Source of the DNA: an uncultured bacterium
Lineage (GTDB): Bacteria; CAIWAD01
Direction: 5' to 3'
Length of the DNA: 64,000 bases
Assembly (NCBI GenBank): GCA_903910645.1
Contig: CAIWAD010000124.1
Location: forward strand, 16,445-80,444
A model generated the notes under the pieces. It ran no database searches. It saw nothing but the letters and a program-made list of their open reading frames with translations, and was not told the origin of the DNA. The position numbers were made by a program, and so were the translations under genes. Positions 1 through 8,161 of this stretch are shown one piece after another. Numbering within the stretch: position 1 is the stretch's first letter; every line of letters begins with the position of its first letter.

Positions 1-1098
1 CTTCAGGGACAGAAGGCCCAGGAAGCCCAGGATGAGGGCGATGATCCAGAAGCGGATGACCACCTTGGTCTCCGCCACGCCGCGATGCTCGAAGGCGTGG
101 TGGATGGGTGCGCGATAGAAGATGCGCCGCCCCAGGATGCCGATGCCAATCTTCTCCTGGATCAGCACGCTGGCTCCTTCCAGCACAAAGACGCCGCCCA
201 CGATGAGGAAGAGCACTTCCTGGCGCAGCATGAGCATCACGGCGGAGAGCAGGCCGCCCAGGGCCATGCTGCCCGTGTCTCCCATGAAGACCTGCGCCGG
301 AAAGAAGTTGTACCACAGGAAGCCCAGACCGGCGCCGATGACCGCGCCGCTCAGCACGGCCAGTTCCCCCATGCCGGGCACATAGGTGAATTGCAGGTAG
401 CCGCTCAGCACCTCGTTGCCCAGCACATAGGCGAAAATGGCGTAGACCATGAAGGAGATGGAGGCGGGCACCACGGCCAGGCCGTCCATGCCATCGGCGA
501 AGTTCATGCTGTTGGAGACGCTCAGGAAGACCATTACCACCCATGGCACGGCCAGCCATCCCAGATCCAGCACCGGCCCTTTCACAAAGGGCAGCATGAG
601 CTGGCTGCGCAAATCCTCCGGCAAGGGCGAGGCCGCGGAGATGAGCCAGACACCAAAAGCGGCGCCATAGGCCCCCTGTAGCCCGAGTTTGGACAACTGG
701 GAAAGGCCATGCTTGCCGCTGCCACCCTTCAGCTTGCCCCAGTCGTCCAGCATGCCCACGCCGCCAAACCACAACAGGGCCGAGACCGCCGCCCAGGCGA
801 ATGGGCTGTCCGGGGTCAGCCACAACAGGTAGCCACCCAGGATGGCCAGGATCATCATCAGGCCGCCCATGGTGGGAGTGCCTCGCTTGTTGGAGACATC
901 AATGACCCCGTAATCCTCCACCACATCGCGGATGCGCTTGCGGTGCAGGAAAAGGATCACCCGGCGGCCGATGAGCAGGCTTACAAGGAAAGTGGTCAAC
1001 GCGGCCATCACGGCGCGGAAAGTCAGGTAGTGCACCAGGCGCAGGAAACCGGGGCCGCCCAGCTCCTCACGCAGGAGGTCCGCCAGCCAGATCAGCAT
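1..1098 (-). CDS. mraY: Phospho-N-acetylmuramoyl-pentapeptide transferase MraY (3' end truncated by window edge)
   Basis: My reverse-complement translation from the ATG at 1096-1098 reads MLIWLADLLREELGGPGFLRLVHYLTFRAV...MGDTGSMALGG...IRFWIIALILGFLGLLSLK. These are classic MraY motifs. A GGAGG Shine-Dalgarno sits upstream. The frame continues past position 1. This ORF is not in the supplied track because no stop lies within the window. Confidence 0.9.
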   Translation of the reverse strand, partial: MLIWLADLLREELGGPGFLRLVHYLTFRAVMAALTTFLVSLLIGRRVILFLHRKRIRDVVEDYGVIDVSNKRGTPTMGGLMMILAILGGYLLWLTPDSPFAWAAVSALLWFGGVGMLDDWGKLKGGSGKHGLSQLSKLGLQGAYGAAFGVWLISAASPLPEDLRSQLMLPFVKGPVLDLGWLAVPWVVMVFLSVSNSMNFADGMDGLAVVPASISFMVYAIFAYVLGNEVLSGYLQFTYVPGMGELAVLSGAVIGAGLGFLWYNFFPAQVFMGDTGSMALGGLLSAVMLMLRQEVLFLIVGGVFVLEGASVLIQEKIGIGILGRRIFYRAPIHHAFEHRGVAETKVVIRFWIIALILGFLGLLSLK

Positions 1099-3074
1099 GT
1101 TTCCTCCGCTTTCTGGCCGGCCAGATCCCGCATGGCCTGTTTCAAGGGAAAGCGTGGGCGGAAATGTGTGCTGGTGAGCAGGAAGCTGTCCAGCTCGCCT
1201 TTCAGATCCGCCAGGGGAAGCTCGCCACCATGCACGCGCAAGTCCAGCGCCCGGATGGCCGCCTCACGCACGCGGCAATTGGCGTGTCGCGCCAGTGGCA
1301 GAATCCACTCCCGCCAGGATGCGGCCGGCATGCAGGCCGCCCACCACCACGCCACGGCCTGCGCCTCCTCGAAATTGCCCTTGAGGCGGAAGCGGGCCAT
1401 GTGCCGCACCACAGCCTCCGTGGCCTCAGCCTTCAGGACCCCCAGGCTGCGGATGGCCTCCACCCGCGCTTCCCAGTAGGGATCCTTCAGCGCCGCTCCC
1501 AGCACGCGCGCCGAATCCGCCGTCAGCGGCAATTCCGCCAGGGCCGTGCACAGGTTGCGGCGGATGAAGCCGTTCTGACGGTGGCGCTCGCCCATCAGGC
1601 GTGGCAGCAAGCCAGGCCTTCCCTTGTCCTCCGCCAGACGCACCAGCAGGGGCAGGGCATCCTGAAGCCCAAGGCGGCCCGCCAGTTTGATGCCGGCGTT
1701 GCGTTCCAGCCAGGAAGGACTGCAGAGGGCCGCCAGACAGCGGTATTCCACATAGCGCACATCGTGGGGATCCGTCAGGCGCGGCAGCCGCTGCAGAAGC
1801 TGTTCCGTGCCCAGACGCTCCAGCGTGGCGCCCGCGGGCACCTGCCCCGCGCCATCCAGGGTCGGCAGCGTGCCAATGGCCAGCACCGAGGCCAGCCGAC
1901 CCAAGCGCTCGCGGGCATCGGCGTGGAAACCGGATCGCGCGCCGCGCGAGAGCCCCTCCCGACGCTCCTTGTCCTCCAGCAAGGCCAGCAAGGCTTCCAG
2001 CAGACGCTCCGGCCGCACACCCGCCTCGATGCCATGGCCCTCCACCAGTGGCTCCTCCAGCAGCAACTCCGCGGCTCCCGCGCGCTCCGCGCTACGGGCA
2101 TTGGCCGTTTGGTGGTCTCCCGGAAGGCCCATTTTGGGAATCAGCAGTGCGGGCCGCCCCATGGCAAGCAGTTCAAAGATGGCGCCTGCGCCAGCCCGGC
2201 AACACACCAGATCCGCCGCTCCATAGGCCAGCTGGATGCGGTCGAAATAGGGCCTGGCGTGATACAGGGGCGCCAGCTCCGCCCAGTCGGGAACTTCACG
2301 AAACAGGCGGCCCAGCTGTTCGGCGTGCTCCGCGGTGGCGTCCCATGCCGTTCCCGCCGACATGCCGGTGCCGTGCAGCACCTGGATGCCCTTGCGCAGG
2401 AGTTGGGGCAGGATGTGGTACAAGGCGCGGTTGATGGCCCGGGCCCCCTGGGATCCGCCGAAGACGAACAGCACGGGGCGGGCGGGATCCAGTCCCAGTT
2501 CGCGGCAGGCTTCCACGCGGTCGGGCAGCTGCTCCAGCCCCGCACGCACGGGATAGCCCACGGTGTGGGTGCGGCAACCCGGCAAATGGCCGGCGGACTC
2601 GGGGAAGGTAAGGGCCACCAGATCCGCCACGCGGCCCGCCATGCGGTTCATCAACCCGGCGCTGGCGTTCTGCTCATGGATGAGAATGCCGCAGCGCAAC
2701 AGGCGCAGTTTGCGCAACAGCGCGGCGGCGAAAACCGTGGGCGCGGCGGCGTAGCCTCCGGTGGCCACCACCACCTGCGGCCGGAAACGCAGCAGGTGCA
2801 GGGAGGCCTGGGCCACGCCCAGGATCAGCTTCGCAATGAAGAGGGGAAGGCGCGGCGAGCGCAGTCCGGGAAAACCCACGGCGGGGGCGGACTGAAAGGG
2901 CAAGTCCAGCTGGCCGCTCTCCTGCAAGCCGCGCAGGATGCGCTCCTCCGCCCTTCCGCGCGTGCCAATGTACAGGCCCTTCCACGAGCCATCCGCCAGC
3001 AAGGCCTGGGCCACCGCAAGCGCCGGGTAGACATGTCCACCCGTCCCGCCGCCAGTGAACACCACCCGCTTCAC
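1092..3074 (-). CDS. murG: MurG glycosyltransferase (undecaprenyl-PP-MurNAc-pentapeptide GlcNAc transferase) fused to a C-terminal ~290-aa HEAT/PBS-lyase-like repeat domain
   Basis: ORF 1092..3233 contains VKRVVFTGGGTGGHVYPALAVAQAL and GGYAAAP, then AADLVCCRAGAGAIFELLAMGRPALLIPKMGLPGDHQTANA. These are MurG G-loop and C-terminal motifs. The likely start is the GTG at 3072-3074, overlapping the upstream stop as GTGA. The C-terminal third carries repeats such as DPYWEARVEAIRSLG and ANCRVREAAIRALD in the same uninterrupted frame. Confidence 0.85.
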   Translation of the reverse strand: MKRVVFTGGGTGGHVYPALAVAQALLADGSWKGLYIGTRGRAEERILRGLQESGQLDLPFQSAPAVGFPGLRSPRLPLFIAKLILGVAQASLHLLRFRPQVVVATGGYAAAPTVFAAALLRKLRLLRCGILIHEQNASAGLMNRMAGRVADLVALTFPESAGHLPGCRTHTVGYPVRAGLEQLPDRVEACRELGLDPARPVLFVFGGSQGARAINRALYHILPQLLRKGIQVLHGTGMSAGTAWDATAEHAEQLGRLFREVPDWAELAPLYHARPYFDRIQLAYGAADLVCCRAGAGAIFELLAMGRPALLIPKMGLPGDHQTANARSAERAGAAELLLEEPLVEGHGIEAGVRPERLLEALLALLEDKERREGLSRGARSGFHADARERLGRLASVLAIGTLPTLDGAGQVPAGATLERLGTEQLLQRLPRLTDPHDVRYVEYRCLAALCSPSWLERNAGIKLAGRLGLQDALPLLVRLAEDKGRPGLLPRLMGERHRQNGFIRRNLCTALAELPLTADSARVLGAALKDPYWEARVEAIRSLGVLKAEATEAVVRHMARFRLKGNFEEAQAVAWWWAACMPAASWREWILPLARHANCRVREAAIRALDLRVHGGELPLADLKGELDSFLLTSTHFRPRFPLKQAMRDLAGQKAEETC

Positions 3075-4147
3075 GCGTGGGCCTCGCGCAGGCGATCCAG
3101 CGCGCCGCCCTGGACTTCGCGCCGGGCCGCGTCGCACACCCGGCGCAACTCCGGACAATTGTGGAAGGCGGGGTTTTCCAGCAGCTCCAGCAGGTGATCC
3201 AGCGCCGTCGGCACATGCTGCAGGAACCACCACTTCCCTTTCACCCGGCTGAGCAGGCCATAAGCGCCAAGGGCCTGCATCATGCGATGGGCGGCCACCA
3301 GCGGGTATAGAGCCAGAAAAGAGGCGGCGCTCTCCAGTCCGCGCTCCTCGCGGCGAAGGGCGTAGCCCTCCAGCAGCTGGGCCCGGGTGGCGGAAGGCAG
3401 CCGCAGGTAGGGATCGTTGATGAAGGAGGCCACATCGTACTGTGGCGGACCCAGGCGGGCGCCCTGGAAGTCAATGATGCGCCAGCGTCCCGCCGTGCGC
3501 AGCACATTGGTGCTCTGGAAATCCCGGAAGAGGATGCCCCAGCGCGTCTGGGTCTCCACTTGGCGCGCCAGCGCGTCGCACTCCGCATGGAAGGCCGCGC
3601 GGTCCAGCGGCAGGCCCATCAGGCCATCCACGAAACGCTCACGGAAATAGCCGGATTCCCACACCGTCATCAGCTCATGGTCATAGGGAAGTGCGTGGAC
3701 GCGGCTTGGGTCGAATTGGCCGTGCAGGCCAGCCTGCAAATCCAGCAGAATCTCCAGCACCTCCGCCATCCACCGGGCGGTGAGTGGCGAGTCCCGACCT
3801 TCGCGCTCCACCATGGCCAGCAGGAGCTCGTCTCCCAGATCCTCCACCAGGTACCAGTGGGCGTCCAGATCGGCGTGCACCAGGCTGGGCCCATGTCCAC
3901 CCGCCTCCTGGAGCAGACCGCCCACATACCAGAAGGAGTGGTTCTCGTTCAACGGCCCACCAAAGGTCTGGGGGGTGGGGTTCTGCACCAGCACCAGGCT
4001 ATGGTCGCTGTCGCCGTGGGGCCAGATGCGGGTCATGACGCGGTCGCTGCCCCCACCCGGCATGTGCCAGGCGCGGGGCTCGCGATGTTCCAGGCCGGCC
4101 GCCGCCAGATAGGCCGCGGGCTGAAGGAGGGGATCGGGCATGCTCAT
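3071..4147 (-). CDS. APH-fold phosphotransferase/kinase, AmgK-like (putative anomeric MurNAc/GlcNAc kinase)
   Basis: 358 aa. FRDFQSTNVL and IIDFQGARLGPPQYDVASF resemble the Brenner/catalytic-loop and DFG-like motifs of the aminoglycoside-phosphotransferase/AmgK family. Translationally coupled to murG by a GTGA overlap. Confidence 0.5.
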   Translation of the reverse strand: MSMPDPLLQPAAYLAAAGLEHREPRAWHMPGGGSDRVMTRIWPHGDSDHSLVLVQNPTPQTFGGPLNENHSFWYVGGLLQEAGGHGPSLVHADLDAHWYLVEDLGDELLLAMVEREGRDSPLTARWMAEVLEILLDLQAGLHGQFDPSRVHALPYDHELMTVWESGYFRERFVDGLMGLPLDRAAFHAECDALARQVETQTRWGILFRDFQSTNVLRTAGRWRIIDFQGARLGPPQYDVASFINDPYLRLPSATRAQLLEGYALRREERGLESAASFLALYPLVAAHRMMQALGAYGLLSRVKGKWWFLQHVPTALDHLLELLENPAFHNCPELRRVCDAARREVQGGALDRLREAHA

Positions 4148-4305
4148 GCCCGAAGGTAGGGCTTTGGCGCAAAGGAGTCTGTTGGGCCTGGCTCACCTGC
4201 GGGATTGGCGCACATGCGGTGGATGTGTTTTGAAGTCCAATGCCCAGGAGATCAGCGAGAATCCTCACACAGCGGAAGTGGCATGGAGCGCCAAGTAGCC
4301 AAGCC

Positions 4306-6306
4306 TTAGCGCAAGAGACTTAATCGTTGCACGCTGCGCCCATTGGGCGTTTCCAGCACCAGCAGATAAAGTCCGCCCGCCAGGCCTTCGCCATCCAGGC
4401 GCGTCACAAATGCCCCGGCGGGACCATTGCCTTCCACCAGACGCCGCACTTCCTGACCGGCCAGGTTGAAAAGGCGCAGGCTGCGCGTGCCGGCCTGGTG
4501 GCTTTCCCAACTGATCAGGGTGGAAGGGTTGAAGGGATTGGGCCAGGCCTCCAGCAGGGGGATTTCCGTGGCGCGGGGAGGCACCACCACCGGCGGCCCG
4601 GGCTTCACATCCGTTTCATCCACTTGCAGGGCCAGCGAGCAGGTCTGACCCCCCGCAATGGCGGTAAAGCCCACATTGGGTTGGGGAACCACGCATTGAC
4701 CGTAAAGAAAATGCCCCCACGCCACCACGCTTCCGTCGCTCTTCAAGCCCATGCTGTGCAGGCTGCCACAAGCCACCGCCACAAAGTCTGTGTTGGGCTC
4801 CGGCACATCGCATTGCTGCCAGCCATTCCAGCCCCAGGCAACCACGCTGCTGTCCGCGCGCAAGGCCAGGTTGTGGTAGGGTCCGGCGGCGATGGCGGTG
4901 AAGCCCTCATTGGGGGAAGGCAGGTCGCACTGGCCGTACTCGTTGTTGCCCCAGGCCGCCAGAACTCCGCTCTGGCGCAAGCCTATGGTGTGCAGACCAC
5001 CGGCGGCCACATCCCGCCAATTGGTATTGGATCCTGACACGGTGCATTGGCCCGCCGAGTTCAGGCCCCAGCAGGAAATCATGCCGTTGCTGCGCAGTCC
5101 CACGCTGTGGGCCGTGCCGGCGTCCACTTTCAGCCACCCCATGTTGGGGCCGGGCACCACGCATTGGTTGAAGAAATTCCATCCCCAACCCACGGCCGTG
5201 CCGTCCTGCCGCAGGCCCATGCTGTGGTTACCGCCCGCCGAGACCGCATTGAAGAGCGTGGCGGCAGGCACGGAGCACTGTCCGTAGCTGTTGTCTCCCC
5301 AGGCCGCCACCGTGCCGTCCTCGTGCAGGAGCAGGCTGTGGTACTCGCCCGTGTCCACGGCGCGGGCCCACTGACCCAGCCCGCCTGGCAGGCACTGTCC
5401 ACGGGCGTTGTCCCCCCAGAGCAGGAGAGTGCCATCCTGCCGCAGGGCCAGGCTGAAGTTTCCGCCCGCGGCGATGAACACGCAATCCTGCGCCTCATCC
5501 GGCACGGCGCATTGGCCCAGGCTGTTGTCGCCCCACGCGGCCACCGTACCATCCTCCCGCAAGCCCAGGCTGTGTCGGGCGCCAGCGGCGATGGCGCTGA
5601 AGCCGCTGTTGGGCTCCGGCACCTGGCACTGGCCCTGCTCATCCCAGCCCCAGGCCACAATGGATGCATCCTGCCGCAGCAACAGGCTGTGGGCCTCGCC
5701 GGCGGCAAGGGCCAAGCCGCCGACGGCGTCTTCCGGCACCTGGCATTGGCCGTGGAGATCATTCCCCCAGGCCTGCACGCCTCCATTCTCCAAGAGCACC
5801 AGGCTGTGGAAGTGGCCCGCCGCCACGGCCCGGCAGGGTGGCAGGGAGTCCGGCACGGCGCATTGGCCTTCTGTGGACCTTCCCCAGGCCGCCACTCCGC
5901 CACTGTCCCGCAATGCCAAACCGTGGCCAATGCCGGCGGCCACGGCCACGAAGTGTTCGTTGGGCTCCGGCGTCAGGCATTGCCCCTGGGTGTTCCACCC
6001 CACTGCAAGCACGGTGCCATTGGCGCGCAGGCCAACCGTGAAGGCGTCCCCCGCCGCCACCTGAACCCAATGGGCATTGGCGCCAGGCAGGAAGCCTTGT
6101 CCCCAGGAGTTGTCTCCCCATACCACCATCACGCTGTCCGGCGTGATGCCCAGGCCGTGTCCCACGCCGCAGGCCGCCTGCGCAAGCCCGTGGGTCAGGC
6201 GCGGGGCCGGCACCAGCAGGGTGCCCCAGGCGCTCAGGGCCGCATGGTTCTGGGCAAGGGCAACAAGCGGCGCAAGTCCAAGCAGGCATCGCAGAAGGAC
6301 GGTCAT
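4306..6306 (-). CDS. Secreted RCC1-repeat beta-propeller protein with T9SS (Por) C-terminal sorting domain
   Basis: Signal peptide MTVLLRCLLGLAPLVALA. More than 10 tandem ~50-aa repeats fit the RCC1 repeat consensus: V(A/V)AWG.N..GQC.VP with a later AAG..HSL.L. The C-terminus is PNPFNPSTLISW...LFNLAGQEV..L....G......DG..LAGGLYLLVL....G, matching the TIGR04183 Por_Secre_tail pattern. Confidence 0.75.
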   Translation of the reverse strand: MTVLLRCLLGLAPLVALAQNHAALSAWGTLLVPAPRLTHGLAQAACGVGHGLGITPDSVMVVWGDNSWGQGFLPGANAHWVQVAAGDAFTVGLRANGTVLAVGWNTQGQCLTPEPNEHFVAVAAGIGHGLALRDSGGVAAWGRSTEGQCAVPDSLPPCRAVAAGHFHSLVLLENGGVQAWGNDLHGQCQVPEDAVGGLALAAGEAHSLLLRQDASIVAWGWDEQGQCQVPEPNSGFSAIAAGARHSLGLREDGTVAAWGDNSLGQCAVPDEAQDCVFIAAGGNFSLALRQDGTLLLWGDNARGQCLPGGLGQWARAVDTGEYHSLLLHEDGTVAAWGDNSYGQCSVPAATLFNAVSAGGNHSMGLRQDGTAVGWGWNFFNQCVVPGPNMGWLKVDAGTAHSVGLRSNGMISCWGLNSAGQCTVSGSNTNWRDVAAGGLHTIGLRQSGVLAAWGNNEYGQCDLPSPNEGFTAIAAGPYHNLALRADSSVVAWGWNGWQQCDVPEPNTDFVAVACGSLHSMGLKSDGSVVAWGHFLYGQCVVPQPNVGFTAIAGGQTCSLALQVDETDVKPGPPVVVPPRATEIPLLEAWPNPFNPSTLISWESHQAGTRSLRLFNLAGQEVRRLVEGNGPAGAFVTRLDGEGLAGGLYLLVLETPNGRSVQRLSLLR

Positions 6307-6400
6307 GACAACAGTTCCTGTAGGAGGGTCGGCTGTGTGTTTGCAGGGAGCTTAGCATGCGAAGGATGGGCTGACAAGGAGAACCCGCCGCCTCCTCATC

Positions 6401-6435
6401 ATTAAAAGCCGGCCCCCCAGGTGGAGGGCCGGCTT
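6401..6435 (-). terminator. Rho-independent terminator downstream of 6495..8135
   Basis: Perfect 10-bp stem (AAGCCGGCCC at 6406-6415 pairs with GGGCCGGCTT at 6426-6435) and a 10-nt loop. On the minus-strand transcript it is followed by UUUUAAU. Confidence 0.5.
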
Positions 6436-6494
6436 GTCTTCGTGCCCGCGCAGGGAGTTGCTTGTCCCTGGAGCGCGGCAATGGAGCCCGCCGT

Positions 6495-8135
6495 CTATTG
6501 TACGGCGCGCACCTGGAATACCTTCATGCCCGTGGCGGGCAGCACAAGGGAAGTACCCGTCGTGCTTCCTTCCAGGGTCATGGTGGAGTAACCCGATGTG
6601 GAGCTGTAGACATTGTAGCTGACAGCCAGGGGCACGGCCGTCCAGCTTAGCACCGCCTGTCCGCCCGTGTAGGTGATGTCCAGTCCGGGGGCGCAGAGGA
6701 AGTTGTCCCAGGCCACCGTGGGCAGGGTCACCACGGGGGTGGCATCATCCAGGGTCAGGGCGCGGTTGGCAATGCCATTCTCCCATTCCCAATTGGTGCC
6801 GTCCATGGTGTGGGTGAACTTGTACTCCACATCAAATGCCGTTCCGGCGGGGAAGACCACCGTGCCCGTCCACACGCCGTCGGCATCGCCATCGGCCAGG
6901 GCATTGGAGCCGCCCGTCCAGTCCAGGGGAGCGGCACTGCCTTGCACGGCCACGCCCGTCACGCCGCTCATGCAACCCATGTTCACGGCGAAGTCCACGC
7001 TGACATCCACCGTGGTGCCCACGGGCGGGGTCCAGTTGTTCCACAGGTCGGCGTCAAGCAGCATGAAACCGTTGTCGGCCATGCACAGGAAACGGTTGGG
7101 AGTGTCTTCCCAGCTCCACACCGTGCCGTTGCTGCGGGTGAACTTGTACTCACTGGTGTTCACGGTGCCAATGGGGAAGCTGACCGTGAGGGTGTAGACG
7201 CCGTCGTGGTTGAAATCGTTCATGGGCCGGCCGCCGGCGGTCCAGTTCAGCGGAGCGCGGCTGCCCTGCAGGGAGACGCCACCCGAATAGCTGGCGGGAT
7301 CCTGGTTGCGCATGTCCACGGCGAAGACCACCTGCTGCTGGGCCACCAGGGGATGCTCGATGCAGGGACAGACCTCCTGGTCGTTCCAGTAGCCCATGTA
7401 GCTGCCTTCCGTGGCGCCCAAGTCAATGGTGTACTCGCGGTTGGCGAAGGGACCGCCCGACAGGGATTCCCAGGCGGTGCCATTGCGGAACTTGAACTCG
7501 ATGGTGGTGGCGGAGCCAGCGGGCCAGGCGATGTCGGTGCTGTAAAGTCCACCGCCCACCGGGGTCATGGCCTGATAGTTCCAGCCGTTAAAGGAGCCGG
7601 AAATGCCCGGGCCGGGGCCATCGGGGGCCACGCAATGGAAGTCGCCGGTCACATGCAGCACGAAATTCTCCGTGGTGGCCTGCTGCACCAGATAGTAGGC
7701 CGGAGAGACTGCATTGAAGGTTCCCATGGGACTGCCCGGACGAGCCGTGAACTCCGCCGCGCCGTCGCCATCGGCGAATTCGCAGTAGAAGAACACGCTG
7801 TCACCGGTCAGGGCGCTCACGGGGATGTCGGCGAAGTACTCGTCCATGGGCGTGTAGCAGTCGCCGATGTTCAGGGTCATGGGCAGAGATGTGAAGCTGC
7901 CTTGTCCCTGGGCGCGATAGTAGAAGGTCTCGGTCATGTCGGCGCACTCCGTGCTGTCGCACATGCCGGTGCAACCGGTCTTCAGGGCGCGGGCATAAAC
8001 GCGGACGGCGTTGCCGTTGGGCACCGTGTCGCCGTTCTCCTGCCACTGCAGGTAGCTCTGCTCCACCAGGGCCGCCGCCGGCTGGGCCAGGACGGCCAGC
8101 AGGGCAGCCACTGCGGAAAAGTGAAGGACTTTCAT
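6495..8135 (-). CDS. Secreted protein with three CBM20-like (starch-binding-like) repeats and a C-terminal FN3-like segment
   Basis: Signal peptide MKVLHFSAVAALLAVLAQPAAA. The repeats contain EFKFRNGTAWES...ANREY, EYKFTRSNGTVWSWEDTPNRF and EYKFTHTMDGTNWEWENGIANRA. These resemble the CBM20 EYKF...V.WE.G.NR signature. Confidence 0.5.
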   Translation of the reverse strand: MKVLHFSAVAALLAVLAQPAAALVEQSYLQWQENGDTVPNGNAVRVYARALKTGCTGMCDSTECADMTETFYYRAQGQGSFTSLPMTLNIGDCYTPMDEYFADIPVSALTGDSVFFYCEFADGDGAAEFTARPGSPMGTFNAVSPAYYLVQQATTENFVLHVTGDFHCVAPDGPGPGISGSFNGWNYQAMTPVGGGLYSTDIAWPAGSATTIEFKFRNGTAWESLSGGPFANREYTIDLGATEGSYMGYWNDQEVCPCIEHPLVAQQQVVFAVDMRNQDPASYSGGVSLQGSRAPLNWTAGGRPMNDFNHDGVYTLTVSFPIGTVNTSEYKFTRSNGTVWSWEDTPNRFLCMADNGFMLLDADLWNNWTPPVGTTVDVSVDFAVNMGCMSGVTGVAVQGSAAPLDWTGGSNALADGDADGVWTGTVVFPAGTAFDVEYKFTHTMDGTNWEWENGIANRALTLDDATPVVTLPTVAWDNFLCAPGLDITYTGGQAVLSWTAVPLAVSYNVYSSTSGYSTMTLEGSTTGTSLVLPATGMKVFQVRAVQ

Positions 8136-8161
8136 GGGACACCTCTAGTTTTGTGGGTGAT

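Noticed and set aside
1164-3197. Long plus-strand ORFs antisense to real genes (for example 1164..3197, 5047..6405, 9179..11344, 20979..23339, 24003..26714, 38154..40127)
   Set aside because: Their translations are dominated by Ala/Arg/Gly/His/Gln with no motifs. They lie opposite well-supported minus-strand genes. These are typical open-frame shadows in ~68% GC DNA.
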